Below, piece after piece: positions 50,462 through 59,963 of a DNA stretch of 63,381 nucleotides (its first letter is position 1; the number at the start of each line of letters is the position of its first letter). Below the pieces are notes generated by a model. The model saw nothing but the letters and a program-made list of their open reading frames with translations, had not been told where the DNA came from and did no database searches. Position numbers and translations under genes: made by a program. The stretch is from Bacillota bacterium (GTDB lineage Bacteria > Bacillota > Bacilli > Paenibacillales > Paenibacillaceae). Location: positions 1 to 63,381 of the forward strand of contig JAEZZE010000314.1 in the NCBI GenBank assembly GCA_023418755.1. Direction: 5' to 3'.

Positions 50462-51814
50462 TCAGCGCAAATTCGGGCCGAACAGCAGCACGTTGCTGAG
50501 GTTTCGTCCCGGCGTGAACAGCTGGACCCCTTGCGAGTAGATGCCGGCGGACGCGCCTCCGTCTAGTCCCATCGCCTCGACGGCTCCCTTGGCCCTCAGC
50601 AATTCCGCGACTTCACCGTGGGTTGCAGAGCCGGTCGTGACCATGACGACGCGCCCGTCCTTCGTAATTCCTATCCCGCTGCGAGCGGCGCGTTTCGCGT
50701 CGGCCCCGTCCTTCTCGACGACCTTGCCGCCTTCGATCAGCTTCGGCCAAGCATGCACGGCCGTGACGACGTCGTTCCAATGAACAAGCCGCCCCTTGGC
50801 GTTGGAGTACGTCACGCGGTAATGCGCCTTCCTGCCTACCTTGAACGTTTCCTTCAGATCCGCCAAGCTTTCGCGCTGATTCACGATCACGTAGCCGTCG
50901 CGAGGAATTTTGGCGTTTTCGCCTTTTGCCACCTTAACCACTTTGCCGCCGCTAACGACGATCATGACGCCTTTGTCGGTCCCGATTCTCGCGCCGTATT
51001 CGGGCGTATAGATCGTCGTCCCGGTTCCGGTCCGGCGGTTCACGTAGCTCGCCTTCCAGCGATGCGCCGAATCGTATAACCCGTCCAGGCCGCCTTCGAT
51101 GCTCGGAGCCGCTTCCTCGAGACGCGCGGTGCCGTCCGCGGCAAAGCCGATCATCGTGCCCGCGCCGCCAGTGTTGAACAACAGCTCCCCGTCTTTGACC
51201 AGCGTACCGTAAGGATAAGGCACTTCGTCGTTGTAAGCGGCGAAGTACGTGCCGTTAATCGCATAGCTCGCCTGACGTCTCGTCACGATCGCCTTCATCG
51301 CTTCCGCGTTGCCGAGGGCATCCTTCCCGAGCCCCAGGCCGGCGGGCATCCCCTTCGGAAGCACGATCGTATTGACGTACGCCTTCCGGCCGTTCACCTT
51401 CGTTTGGCCCGATTCCGCCTTGGGAGCCGAGTCCGGCTTGAACTTGACGGGATCGACGATCTGCAGCCTGAAGCTGCAGCTTGCGGCATCTCGCTCGTAA
51501 CCGGAGGCCGTGACCTCCACTTGCGTCGCGCCTTTCGCCAGCGGAATGGCGATGCCTTGCGACGTTACGCGGGCCAGCTTCGGATTCGCCAATTCATAGA
51601 ACAAATACGGCTCGTATTGAAATAGAGCGTCCAGGCTCGCGCTGGCGTTCATTGGCAGCTTAACCGTTTCCCGCGGACAAGAGAACTCTCCTCCCGCCGC
51701 CAGCTCCTCATGCGGTGCCGAAGACCCGTCCGTTCCCGCATCCGCCCCCATCAAGCTTAATCCAAGCATTCCCGCTCCTGCTGCCTTCATCAAGAAAAGA
51801 AACTTTTTACCCAC
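50462..51814 (-). CDS. Exported phosphodiester glycosidase (NAGPA-like) family protein
   Basis: AINGTYF, ARSGIG, AMGLDGGAS; N-terminal signal and Ig-like segment. Confidence 0.85.
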   Translation of the reverse strand: MGKKFLFLMKAAGAGMLGLSLMGADAGTDGSSAPHEELAAGGEFSCPRETVKLPMNASASLDALFQYEPYLFYELANPKLARVTSQGIAIPLAKGATQVEVTASGYERDAASCSFRLQIVDPVKFKPDSAPKAESGQTKVNGRKAYVNTIVLPKGMPAGLGLGKDALGNAEAMKAIVTRRQASYAINGTYFAAYNDEVPYPYGTLVKDGELLFNTGGAGTMIGFAADGTARLEEAAPSIEGGLDGLYDSAHRWKASYVNRRTGTGTTIYTPEYGARIGTDKGVMIVVSGGKVVKVAKGENAKIPRDGYVIVNQRESLADLKETFKVGRKAHYRVTYSNAKGRLVHWNDVVTAVHAWPKLIEGGKVVEKDGADAKRAARSGIGITKDGRVVMVTTGSATHGEVAELLRAKGAVEAMGLDGGASAGIYSQGVQLFTPGRNLSNVLLFGPNLR

Positions 51815-51872
51815 GAAAATAAGACCCCTCCATTCCGAATAACGTTATATTCGGTCGGAAGGGGTCTATTGT

Positions 51873-53279
51873 TTAGAAGCCGAAGTAATTTTTGGCGTTG
51901 CGGTAGCAGATATCTTCCACCATGCCTCCGAGCAGTTCCATATCGTGCGGCGCTTCTCCTCGTTCGACCCACTCGCCGAGCATATCGCACAAAATCCGGC
52001 GGAAATACTCATGGCGCGGATAGCTCAGGAAGCTGCGGGAGTCCGTCAGCATACCGACGAAACGGGATAGCAGGCCGAGATTGGCCAGCGCGTTCATCTG
52101 CTCCAGCATGCCGTCTTTCGTATCGTTGAACCACCAGGCCGAGCCGAGCTGGATTTTTCCGGGAATGCCGCCTCCCTGGAAGCTGCCCATCACCGTGCCC
52201 AGCACGTAGTAGTCCTTCGGATTCAGCGAGTACAGAATCGTTCTCGGCAAGCCCGCTTGGGCGTCGATGCCGTCCAGCAGCTTCGTCAGCGGATACGCCA
52301 GTTCCCCGTCGTAGATCGAGTCGAAGCCGGTATCCGGTCCCATGCGCGAGAAAGCGCGGCTGTTGTTGTTCCGGGAAGCGTGGATGTGCAGCTGCATCGT
52401 CCAGCCGAGCTTGCTGTACTGCTCTCCCAAGTGAAGCAGCGTGTAGGTCTTGTACTTGCTTTCTTCCTCCAGCGTCAGCGTATCGCCGTTAAGCGCTCTC
52501 GCATAGATGTCGGACGCTTCTGCCAGATTCGTCTCGGCGTACAGCACGCGATCGAGCGCATGGTCCGATACTTTGCAGCCGACCTTCGCGAAGAAAGCGA
52601 TGCGGCTGTCCAGCGCCGCCAGAAAACCTTCGTACGTATCGACGTTCGTCCCCGCCGACTCCCCGAGCTTGCGCGCCCAGGGCACGAACGTTCCGCGACG
52701 AATTTCCAGCCCTTTGTCGGGACGGAACGACGGAAGCACGAGGCAGTCGAAATCGGCGATGCCTTTGATCCCTTCGTGATATTCCAGCGTATCGGTCGGA
52801 TCGTCGGTCGTGCAGATGACGCGTACGCGCTGGTCCCGGATCAGCCTTCGGACGGAAAAACCTTCGGAACGCAGCACCGCGTTGGCCTTCTCCCAGATCG
52901 CCGGCGCGTTCTTCTCGTTGATCGGTTCCTCGATGCCGAAATAACGCCTAAGCTCGAGATGGGACCAGTGATACAGCGGGTTGCCAAGCGTTGCGGGAAC
53001 CGTCTTCGCCCAGGCGAGGAAACGATCGTAGTCGTCAACCCCCGGTCCCCCGGTCACAAGCGCTTCCTCGACCCCGTTCGCCCGCATCGCTCTCCACTTG
53101 TAATGATCCCCGTACAGCCAAATTTCCGCGAGATTGGCGAAACGCTTGTCCTCGTAAATTTCCTGCGGATTCAAATGGCAGTGATAATCGATAATCGGCT
53201 GCCCCGCCGCGTAATCCTGATAAAGCCGCCGCGAAACCTCATTTTGAAGCAAAAAGTGATCTCCCATAAACTCCTTCAC
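51873..53279 (-). CDS. uxaC: Glucuronate isomerase
   Basis: DYHCHL, GDHYKWR, CTTDDP, GSAWWFND, MLTDSRSFLSY. Confidence 0.97.
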   Translation of the reverse strand: MKEFMGDHFLLQNEVSRRLYQDYAAGQPIIDYHCHLNPQEIYEDKRFANLAEIWLYGDHYKWRAMRANGVEEALVTGGPGVDDYDRFLAWAKTVPATLGNPLYHWSHLELRRYFGIEEPINEKNAPAIWEKANAVLRSEGFSVRRLIRDQRVRVICTTDDPTDTLEYHEGIKGIADFDCLVLPSFRPDKGLEIRRGTFVPWARKLGESAGTNVDTYEGFLAALDSRIAFFAKVGCKVSDHALDRVLYAETNLAEASDIYARALNGDTLTLEEESKYKTYTLLHLGEQYSKLGWTMQLHIHASRNNNSRAFSRMGPDTGFDSIYDGELAYPLTKLLDGIDAQAGLPRTILYSLNPKDYYVLGTVMGSFQGGGIPGKIQLGSAWWFNDTKDGMLEQMNALANLGLLSRFVGMLTDSRSFLSYPRHEYFRRILCDMLGEWVERGEAPHDMELLGGMVEDICYRNAKNYFGF

Positions 53280-53294
53280 TTCGATATCGCTCCT

Positions 53295-54587
53295 TCATCG
53301 AAATTTAACCAGCTCGTCGACGCGCACCGCTTGTCCCGTCCGAATCGAACGGTTCGCCGCGATCCCCGTCAGAATGCTTTTCGCCCCGTCAATATGATTC
53401 GCCGCGCGCTTGAACCGATCCTCCGCCGGAACGCCGAAAATATCGTTCAGCAGCACAGGGTCGCCGCCGCCGTGTCCGCCCTCGCCTTCTTCGACCTCGA
53501 CCTCGTAGGGAGCCGCGAACATCGGGAACACGGTGATGGTCCTGTCTTTAAGGGCGCCTTCCTCGGATTTCTCGCCGCCCGAATTGACGTACGATTGCTC
53601 GACGATCGTCATCTCGATCCGGCCCTTCGTTCCGTTAAACGCAATACGGTAGCCCTCCCAAGGAAGATAGGCGTTGAGGGAATACGTCAGGATGGCGTTG
53701 TTCTTGTACCTGACCAGCACGCCCATCGTATCTTCGATGCTGATGCCGTCTCCGAACACGCTCTGGTCGCGCCGGTAGCCGTCTTCGTGTTCGGCGTCCA
53801 GATAGAGCGCCTTCAGGTTGTCGTTCCCGTCGAGCGGCAGGGCGAACGGATCCCCCTCCGCGTTCGGGTTCCCGGTCGCGCGATCGTAGAATTTCGTGAT
53901 TCCGCGCTGCTCCGCGTTCTCCTTGCCGTAGAACAGCAAATCTCCGAAAGCGAATACCGTCTCCGGCTCCGAGCCGATCCAGAAGTTGACGAGGTCGAAA
54001 TGGTGCGTCGACTTATGGACGAGCAGGCCGCCGCTGTTTCTTTTGTCCCGGTGCCATCTGCGGAAATAGTCGGCCCCGTGCTGCGTGTTCAGCAGCCATT
54101 CGAAATGGACCGAGGTGACTTTGCCGATCGCGCCGTCTTCGATCAGCTCGCGGGCTTTCGTATGGTGCGGCGCATAGCGGTAGTTAAACGTCACCCGCAC
54201 GTTCCGGCCGGTGCGCTCGACCGCGTCCAAAATCTCCTGGCATTTTTTCTCGTCGACCGTCATCGGCTTCTCGGTCACGACGTCGCAGCCCAGCTCCATC
54301 GCCCGAATGATATACGTATGGTGAGTGCGGTCCACGCTCGTTACGATGACGGCGTCGGGCCGTTCTTTTTCGATCATCTCCTCGAACTGCTCGGCCTTGT
54401 AAGTCGCGACCGCATGATAGCCGTAACGCCCGGCCAGTTGCCGGTTGGCGTAATCCATCCGGGTCTGGTTCGTGTCGCAGAACGCCAGCAGCTCGGATGT
54501 CTCGCGGAAAGACGTCGCGATCGCCGAATAGAAAAACTCCGCCCGGCCGCCCGAACCGACTAACACGTACTTTTTCTTTTTGCCCAT
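53295..54587 (-). CDS. Gfo/Idh/MocA family oxidoreductase (YteT-like)
   Basis: VGSGGR, EKPM, HGADYFRRWH, HKSTHHFD, GHGGGD. Confidence 0.92.
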   Translation of the reverse strand: MGKKKKYVLVGSGGRAEFFYSAIATSFRETSELLAFCDTNQTRMDYANRQLAGRYGYHAVATYKAEQFEEMIEKERPDAVIVTSVDRTHHTYIIRAMELGCDVVTEKPMTVDEKKCQEILDAVERTGRNVRVTFNYRYAPHHTKARELIEDGAIGKVTSVHFEWLLNTQHGADYFRRWHRDKRNSGGLLVHKSTHHFDLVNFWIGSEPETVFAFGDLLFYGKENAEQRGITKFYDRATGNPNAEGDPFALPLDGNDNLKALYLDAEHEDGYRRDQSVFGDGISIEDTMGVLVRYKNNAILTYSLNAYLPWEGYRIAFNGTKGRIEMTIVEQSYVNSGGEKSEEGALKDRTITVFPMFAAPYEVEVEEGEGGHGGGDPVLLNDIFGVPAEDRFKRAANHIDGAKSILTGIAANRSIRTGQAVRVDELVKFR

Positions 54588-54954
54588 TTTCTCTCACCCT
54601 TATCGTGGTTTGTTGTTCCTGATAAGAGTAACTTATAGCAAACAAGAAACGTTTTCTCCTGCTTTCCTGCTCAATACCGCATAAACCCCGCAAATTTTGC
54701 TATTGTACGAAATAATCGTCGCGAAAAGAAGGAATGGCTAACGCGTTGACCTCGTCTACCTGCCGTGGAGACTTGTATTCGTAAGGCATGTCCGACGGAT
54801 TCCAAAAAATAACCCGGGCCTCCGCCCGGGATGATCGCAAGGAACAAAGCGCCGCCTCTCCACAATAACATACCGGGCGATGAGACGGCTTCATTGGAAT
54901 ATTGCGTTTTCTCTTCCGATTTGACCGTGAGTCTACAGGATGAACGATTTCCGT

Positions 54955-55845
54955 TTAGGATACCGCGAACAGCTTGCCGATCTCTTTGACGAGACTGTTA
55001 AATTCCAGCTCCTCGAACAGCGCGGCGATTTGAGCTTGATTCGGCCGCCAATGCGAATCCTCGACGGAACAGGCGACGGGCGCCTCGCAATGAATCGTCG
55101 CCAGCTCCCGGCACAGATGCAGCATTTCGACGTCCGCTTCTATCTTCGCCTTGACGCCCTTGGGCAGCAGGTGCAGGTTTTCCAAAATGCCGTCGATGGA
55201 GCCGTACTCGACCAGCAGCTTCGTCGCCGTTTTCTCTCCGATCCCTTTGACGCCGGGGTAATTGTCCGAGGTGTCCCCGATCAACCCTTTAAGGTCGATA
55301 AATTGCCGCGGAGTCAGTTGCTTCTCTTCCAGCAGCTTATCCGTATCGTACACCGCGTAATTGGAAGGACCTTTCTTCATGATGACGACTTTGACCCGTT
55401 CGTCGACGAGTTGGAGCATATCGTGGTCGCCGGTCAGCACGTAGACGTCCATATGCTTGCCGAATTGCTTCGACAGCGTTCCGATGCAATCGTCCGCCTC
55501 GTAACCGGTAATGCCGACGTTCGGAATGCTCAGCCCTTTCACGACCTCCTTTACGAGATCGAACTGCGGAATCAGATCCGCCGGAGCTTCCGGGCGGTTT
55601 CCCTTGTAGGCGTCGAACTTGTCGGTCCGGAACGTCTTGCTGCCCATGTCCCAGCAGCATACGATATGCGTCGGGCCGAACGTGCGGCAAGCATCGAGCA
55701 AGTAACGGACGAAGCCGAACACCGCGTTCGTCGGGAGCCCCGCCTTCGTCTTGCGGATGTATCCCCCGTATGCGTTGGCATAGTACCCTCTGAACAGCAG
55801 CGCCATTCCGTCGACGAGCATCACTTTCGGTTCGGTCATGTTCAT
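54955..55845 (-). CDS. Stand-alone 5'-3' exonuclease / flap endonuclease (YpcP-like)
   Basis: LVDG, YKGNR, YEADD, GDHD, GDTSDNYPGVKGIGEKTA. Confidence 0.93.
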   Translation of the reverse strand: MNMTEPKVMLVDGMALLFRGYYANAYGGYIRKTKAGLPTNAVFGFVRYLLDACRTFGPTHIVCCWDMGSKTFRTDKFDAYKGNRPEAPADLIPQFDLVKEVVKGLSIPNVGITGYEADDCIGTLSKQFGKHMDVYVLTGDHDMLQLVDERVKVVIMKKGPSNYAVYDTDKLLEEKQLTPRQFIDLKGLIGDTSDNYPGVKGIGEKTATKLLVEYGSIDGILENLHLLPKGVKAKIEADVEMLHLCRELATIHCEAPVACSVEDSHWRPNQAQIAALFEELEFNSLVKEIGKLFAVS

Positions 55846-55851
55846 TCCCCC

Positions 55852-57042
55852 TTATTTCATCGGCTCCGCGGCGCGAACGAATTCTCCGATCCGTTTCGCC
55901 GCCTCCTCCAAAATATCCTCTTCCTCGACCAAGGCCAGTCTGACGAAGCCTTCCCCCCGCTCGCCGAAAGCGTTGCCCGGAATCGACGCCACGCCCGTAG
56001 CCTCCAGCAGCGATTGCGAGAAGCTTCGCGACGCCCACCCTTCCGGCACGCGCGCCCACAGGAACATCGTCGCCCGCGGGGACGGGACGTTCCAGCCTTG
56101 CTCGCGCAGCGCCCGGACGAATACGTCGCGTCGCCGTTCGTATAAGCCGGAGATCGGCTTCGGCGAGTTCATATCCGCCTCCAGTGCCGCGATCCCTGCC
56201 TCCTGAGCGCCCAGGAAGACGCCGAAATCAATGTTGTTTTTCAAGTCGCGCAGACTCGACAGCGCCTCCCGGTTGCCGACCGCGAAGCCGAGTCTCGTCC
56301 CGGCCAAGTGATAGGACTTGGAGAGCGAATGGAACTCGATGGCAACCTCGACGGCTCCCGGCACCTCCAGCACGCTCGGCGGACGGAAGCCGTCGAACGC
56401 CATCTCGCTATAGGCGTTGTCGTGGACGAGCAGCACGCCGTGCCGGCGCGCCGTATGTACGGCACGCTCGAAGAACGCCGGATCGGCCGTCGCCGAGAGC
56501 GGGTTGCTCGGGTAATTCAATATCATGAATTTGACTTTGTCCCAGACGGCTTGAGGCACCGCTTCGAAATCCGGCAAGTATCCGTTCTCCTCCAGCAAGG
56601 GGAGCGGAATCGGCTCGACGCCGGCCACCGCCAGCCCGGCGCCGTACACCGGATAGCCGGGGTCCGGCAGCAGCGCGGCGTCGCCCGGGTCGGCAATCGC
56701 GAGCGGCAAGTGCGCCAGGCCGTCTTGCGTCCCCATCAAAGCGAGAATTTCGCTCCTAGGGTCAAGCTCCACTCCGAACCTGCGGCCGAACCACTTCGCC
56801 GCCGTTTCCCTGAAAGCCATTGTGCCTTCCGTTCCGGGATAGCGATACATATCGGGCCTCCGGCTTGCGGCGGCCAGAACGCCGCGAAGCTCCTCCTCCG
56901 GCGGACGGTCCGGGCTGCCGATATCGAGCGAGATGACGGACAGCCCTTTTTCCCGGGCATCCCGCTTCCAGCCGGACACCTCGGCGAAGATCGCGGAGCC
57001 GAGCCTGCCGAGCTTTTGCGCGCGCACGTTGAGCTTCTTCAT
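55852..57042 (-). CDS. Class I/II aminotransferase (LL-DAP/MtnE-like)
   Basis: NYPSNP, DNAY, SLSKSY...R.G. Confidence 0.9.
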   Translation of the reverse strand: MKKLNVRAQKLGRLGSAIFAEVSGWKRDAREKGLSVISLDIGSPDRPPEEELRGVLAAASRRPDMYRYPGTEGTMAFRETAAKWFGRRFGVELDPRSEILALMGTQDGLAHLPLAIADPGDAALLPDPGYPVYGAGLAVAGVEPIPLPLLEENGYLPDFEAVPQAVWDKVKFMILNYPSNPLSATADPAFFERAVHTARRHGVLLVHDNAYSEMAFDGFRPPSVLEVPGAVEVAIEFHSLSKSYHLAGTRLGFAVGNREALSSLRDLKNNIDFGVFLGAQEAGIAALEADMNSPKPISGLYERRRDVFVRALREQGWNVPSPRATMFLWARVPEGWASRSFSQSLLEATGVASIPGNAFGERGEGFVRLALVEEEDILEEAAKRIGEFVRAAEPMK

Positions 57043-57407
57043 AAATTGTACCACGCCGGACCGAAATCCTGCTCCTTGAAGCCGATCGTCGTCCTGGCGC
57101 CGTCGGATACGATCGGACGCTTGATCAGCATGCCGTTCGATGAGAGCAAGCGGATTTTCTCCTCCTCGGACATCGAGGGAAGCTTATCCTTCAAGTTCAT
57201 TTCCCGATAGACTTCGCCGGACGTATTGAACCACTTTCCGATCGGCAGACCGCTGGATGCGATCAGTTGGCCCAGCACTTCGGGCGAAGGCGGAGCTTCG
57301 CGAATATCGTGCAGCTCCAGCTCGTAGCCGTGCTGCTTTAACGCTTTAACGGCCGCTTTGCACGTGCTGCAAGTCGGCAGATGATACATTTTCAAAGCTT
57401 TCGCCAC
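57039..57407 (-). CDS. ArsC/Spx family thioredoxin-fold protein (YusI-like)
   Basis: CSTCKAA, FNTSG..YR, MLIKRP. Confidence 0.9.
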   Translation of the reverse strand: MAKALKMYHLPTCSTCKAAVKALKQHGYELELHDIREAPPSPEVLGQLIASSGLPIGKWFNTSGEVYREMNLKDKLPSMSEEEKIRLLSSNGMLIKRPIVSDGARTTIGFKEQDFGPAWYNL

Positions 57408-57427
57408 TTCGACTAACCCCCTTCGCT

Positions 57428-58402
57428 TCAATCGTTCGTCAGCTTGCCGAGCTCCCGCTTCAGCAGCTTCATATCTTCCGGCAGCGAAGCTTCCAGCCGC
57501 ATCTCGGCCCCCGTCACCGGATGACGGAAGCCCAATCTGCAGGCATGCAATGCTTGCCTATCGATAATGCCGGATACTCTATGCGCCAGTTCCGACTCGT
57601 TCCAACGTACCTCCGAGTAGTAGCCGTCCCCGATGATCGGGCAGCCGATATGCGTCATATGAACGCGGATTTGATGCGTTCTGCCCGTCCCCAAGCGAAC
57701 GTCGACGGCGCTGGCTTGATCTCCGTAAGTTTCGGCTACCCGGTAAAACGTCAAAGAGGGCGCGCCGTCCTCGCGAACGACTCGACGGTGCGGATCCTCC
57801 GTCTGCCTCCCGATCGGCGCCTCGATCCGGCCCTCCGGCTCCGGAGGCCGTCCGTATACGAACGTCCGGTACTCCTTGACCACGGTCCCCTCCGCCATTT
57901 GCGCCGACAGCTGCTGCTGCGCAAGCGAGTGCTTGGCTACGACGACAAGGCCCGACGTATGCTCATCCAGCCGATGGACCGGCCGGAACCTGACCCGTTC
58001 GCCCTTCTCCTGCCAATAATGCATAACGCCATTGGCGAGCGTATTCAAGTAATGCCCCGTCGTCGGATGAACGATCAGGCCCGCGGGTTTGTTCAGCACG
58101 AGCAGATGCTCGTCCTCGAACACGACGTCGAGCTCCATCGGCTGCGGAAGGATCGTCTCGGAGCTTTCCGCCTCCATGCGCAGCGCGATCAAATCTCCTT
58201 CCGCCACTCTATGGTTCGGCCATACCTTCCGACCGTTGACGGACAAGCCCTCCTCCGACGTTTTAAGCCGCGCCATAAGCCTGCGCGAGATGCCGATCCG
58301 CTTGCGCAGAACGTCCCTTAACGTGCGCCCTTCGTCGCCCGCCTCCGCCACGAACTCGATCGGCGCGTAGTATTCCGCGCTCTTGCTTGCATCGTCCATC
58401 AA
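57428..58402 (-). CDS. RluA family pseudouridine synthase
   Basis: NKPAG..VHP, HRLD..TSG, GRTHQIRVH. Confidence 0.95.
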   Translation of the reverse strand: MMDDASKSAEYYAPIEFVAEAGDEGRTLRDVLRKRIGISRRLMARLKTSEEGLSVNGRKVWPNHRVAEGDLIALRMEAESSETILPQPMELDVVFEDEHLLVLNKPAGLIVHPTTGHYLNTLANGVMHYWQEKGERVRFRPVHRLDEHTSGLVVVAKHSLAQQQLSAQMAEGTVVKEYRTFVYGRPPEPEGRIEAPIGRQTEDPHRRVVREDGAPSLTFYRVAETYGDQASAVDVRLGTGRTHQIRVHMTHIGCPIIGDGYYSEVRWNESELAHRVSGIIDRQALHACRLGFRHPVTGAEMRLEASLPEDMKLLKRELGKLTND

Positions 58403-58403
58403 A

Positions 58404-58982
58404 CTACGACCTCCGCCGAAACACCGGAGCGCTCCGCTCGTATTCGACGTCCGCCACGTCTAGCCGGGCGTTGGCGGCTCTTGCCGCAGAGAAAAAATAG
58501 TCCGACAGACGATTCAAATATTTGCGAACCTCTTCCGGGCATTCCTGCTCCCGCGACAAGGAGACGACTCTCCGCTCCGCCCGTCTGCATACGGTTCTGC
58601 AGACGTGAAGCAGCGCCGCCGGCTCGCTTCCTCCCGGCAGGATGAACTTCTCGAGCGGCGGATTGACCGCCTCCAGCTCGTCGATCCAGCGTTCCAATCT
58701 TTCCGTCATCCCTGCCGATACCTTCAACTTGGCGGGATCGGGCGAAGCGTAGCTCAGATCGGATCCGCAATCGAACAGCTCGTGCTGAATGATCGTCAGC
58801 TGTTCGAGCCGATCGCTCCACTCTTCCTTTGGCAGCTTGGAGACGATCGCGGCCGCCTGCCCGACGAAGCTGTTCAACTCGTCGATCGTGCCGTAAGCCT
58901 CTACCCTCGCGTCGTCTTTTCCGACCCGTGCGCCGATAACCGAAGTTTTCCCTCCGTCACCGGTCCGCGTATAGATTTTCAT
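58404..58982 (-). CDS. PduO-type cob(I)alamin adenosyltransferase
   Basis: IYTRTGD.G, YGTIDELNS, RTVCRRAER, LNRLSD. Confidence 0.95.
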   Translation of the reverse strand: MKIYTRTGDGGKTSVIGARVGKDDARVEAYGTIDELNSFVGQAAAIVSKLPKEEWSDRLEQLTIIQHELFDCGSDLSYASPDPAKLKVSAGMTERLERWIDELEAVNPPLEKFILPGGSEPAALLHVCRTVCRRAERRVVSLSREQECPEEVRKYLNRLSDYFFSAARAANARLDVADVEYERSAPVFRRRS

Positions 58983-59556
58983 TGCGGTCGTTCCTCCCCT
59001 TTAATCGATAGCCTTTTATTTCCACGGCCATCCCCGCCGTCATCCGGTAGACGGATTGACTGGCCCGAAGCAAAACGCGATTCGCTTCCGCCAGGTTCCT
59101 TGCATATTCCAGCTCCCGGGAAGACGGGGCTAATCCGACCGCCGGTTCCTCCGTCACGACGACGATTCTGCCTTCGAACGCCAGTATCGCATCGATCGTT
59201 TCCTTCCATCTTTCCGCCTCGAGCCCGGCAGCGTCGGATTCCGTTCCCTTCCCGGCAGATCGCGCGAAAGAAGATCTCAGCCATCCCGACAAGCTGTCGA
59301 CGACGACCACCCTCCGCTCCGCTCGAAAAAAGTTCGATTCCATATTGATCGCGTCGATTTTGCCGGACAGAGTCTCATCCGCCTCCGACATCGTTCGATA
59401 AAAGCCGGCGTCGCCGGAGAGCGCGGGAACGGCCGCGTTCCCGTCCGGAAAAGAAGGACAAGACAAGCGGATGCCTTCGCGCCCAACGGCGAGCGCGAGC
59501 TCGTCCGCGAAAGCGGATTTTCCGCAGCCGACGCCGCCGATCACGAGCCATAGCAT
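58957..59556 (-). CDS. Divergent CobU-like adenosylcobinamide kinase family protein
   Basis: GGVGCGKS..A P-loop; VVVDSLSGW; VVVTEE...G; N...A...AG. Confidence 0.7.
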   Translation of the reverse strand: MLWLVIGGVGCGKSAFADELALAVGREGIRLSCPSFPDGNAAVPALSGDAGFYRTMSEADETLSGKIDAINMESNFFRAERRVVVVDSLSGWLRSSFARSAGKGTESDAAGLEAERWKETIDAILAFEGRIVVVTEEPAVGLAPSSRELEYARNLAEANRVLLRASQSVYRMTAGMAVEIKGYRLKGRNDRNENLYADR

Positions 59557-59600
59557 CTTGCTTCCCCTCCTTCAATAGAAAAAAGAGGCCGGTGAGTTCG

Positions 59601-59855
59601 TCACCGCGCCTGCTCCCTGTCCAAAAGAACGACTTTCATATATTCGTTGATCTTTCGATCCAATTGCCGGCTCAGCTCCATGACGGAATCGGCGACCAAG
59701 GAACGCTCCTGCAGGAAAGTATCCGTCATCACCTTTCGCAGATGGTCGATTTCTTCCGCCAGCTCCGCTGCCGCTCGGCCCGAGTAATGAGAATGGATGG
59801 GTGATTCGGCTTGTAACGACGACATTTTTTTCGGTTTATGTTTTGCCGCAGCCAT
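59601..59855 (-). CDS. Spo0E-family aspartyl-phosphate phosphatase
   Basis: IDHLRKVM...VMELSRQLDRKINEYM (SQELD-like); TGTCGAA 0A box at 59873-59879. Confidence 0.85.
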   Translation of the reverse strand: MAAAKHKPKKMSSLQAESPIHSHYSGRAAAELAEEIDHLRKVMTDTFLQERSLVADSVMELSRQLDRKINEYMKVVLLDREQAR

Positions 59856-59963
59856 GCAACTCCCCCTTCTCATGTCGAAAATGAAGACTCGGCGGGTCGA
59901 AAATCATGGTTATTATAGCAAAACACGATTAGTTTGAATATGACTTTTGTAAATTATTCATTT

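Noticed and set aside
54671..54894. Short minus-strand ORFs (64-66 aa)
   Set aside because: They run through a terminator hairpin and lack recognisable features.
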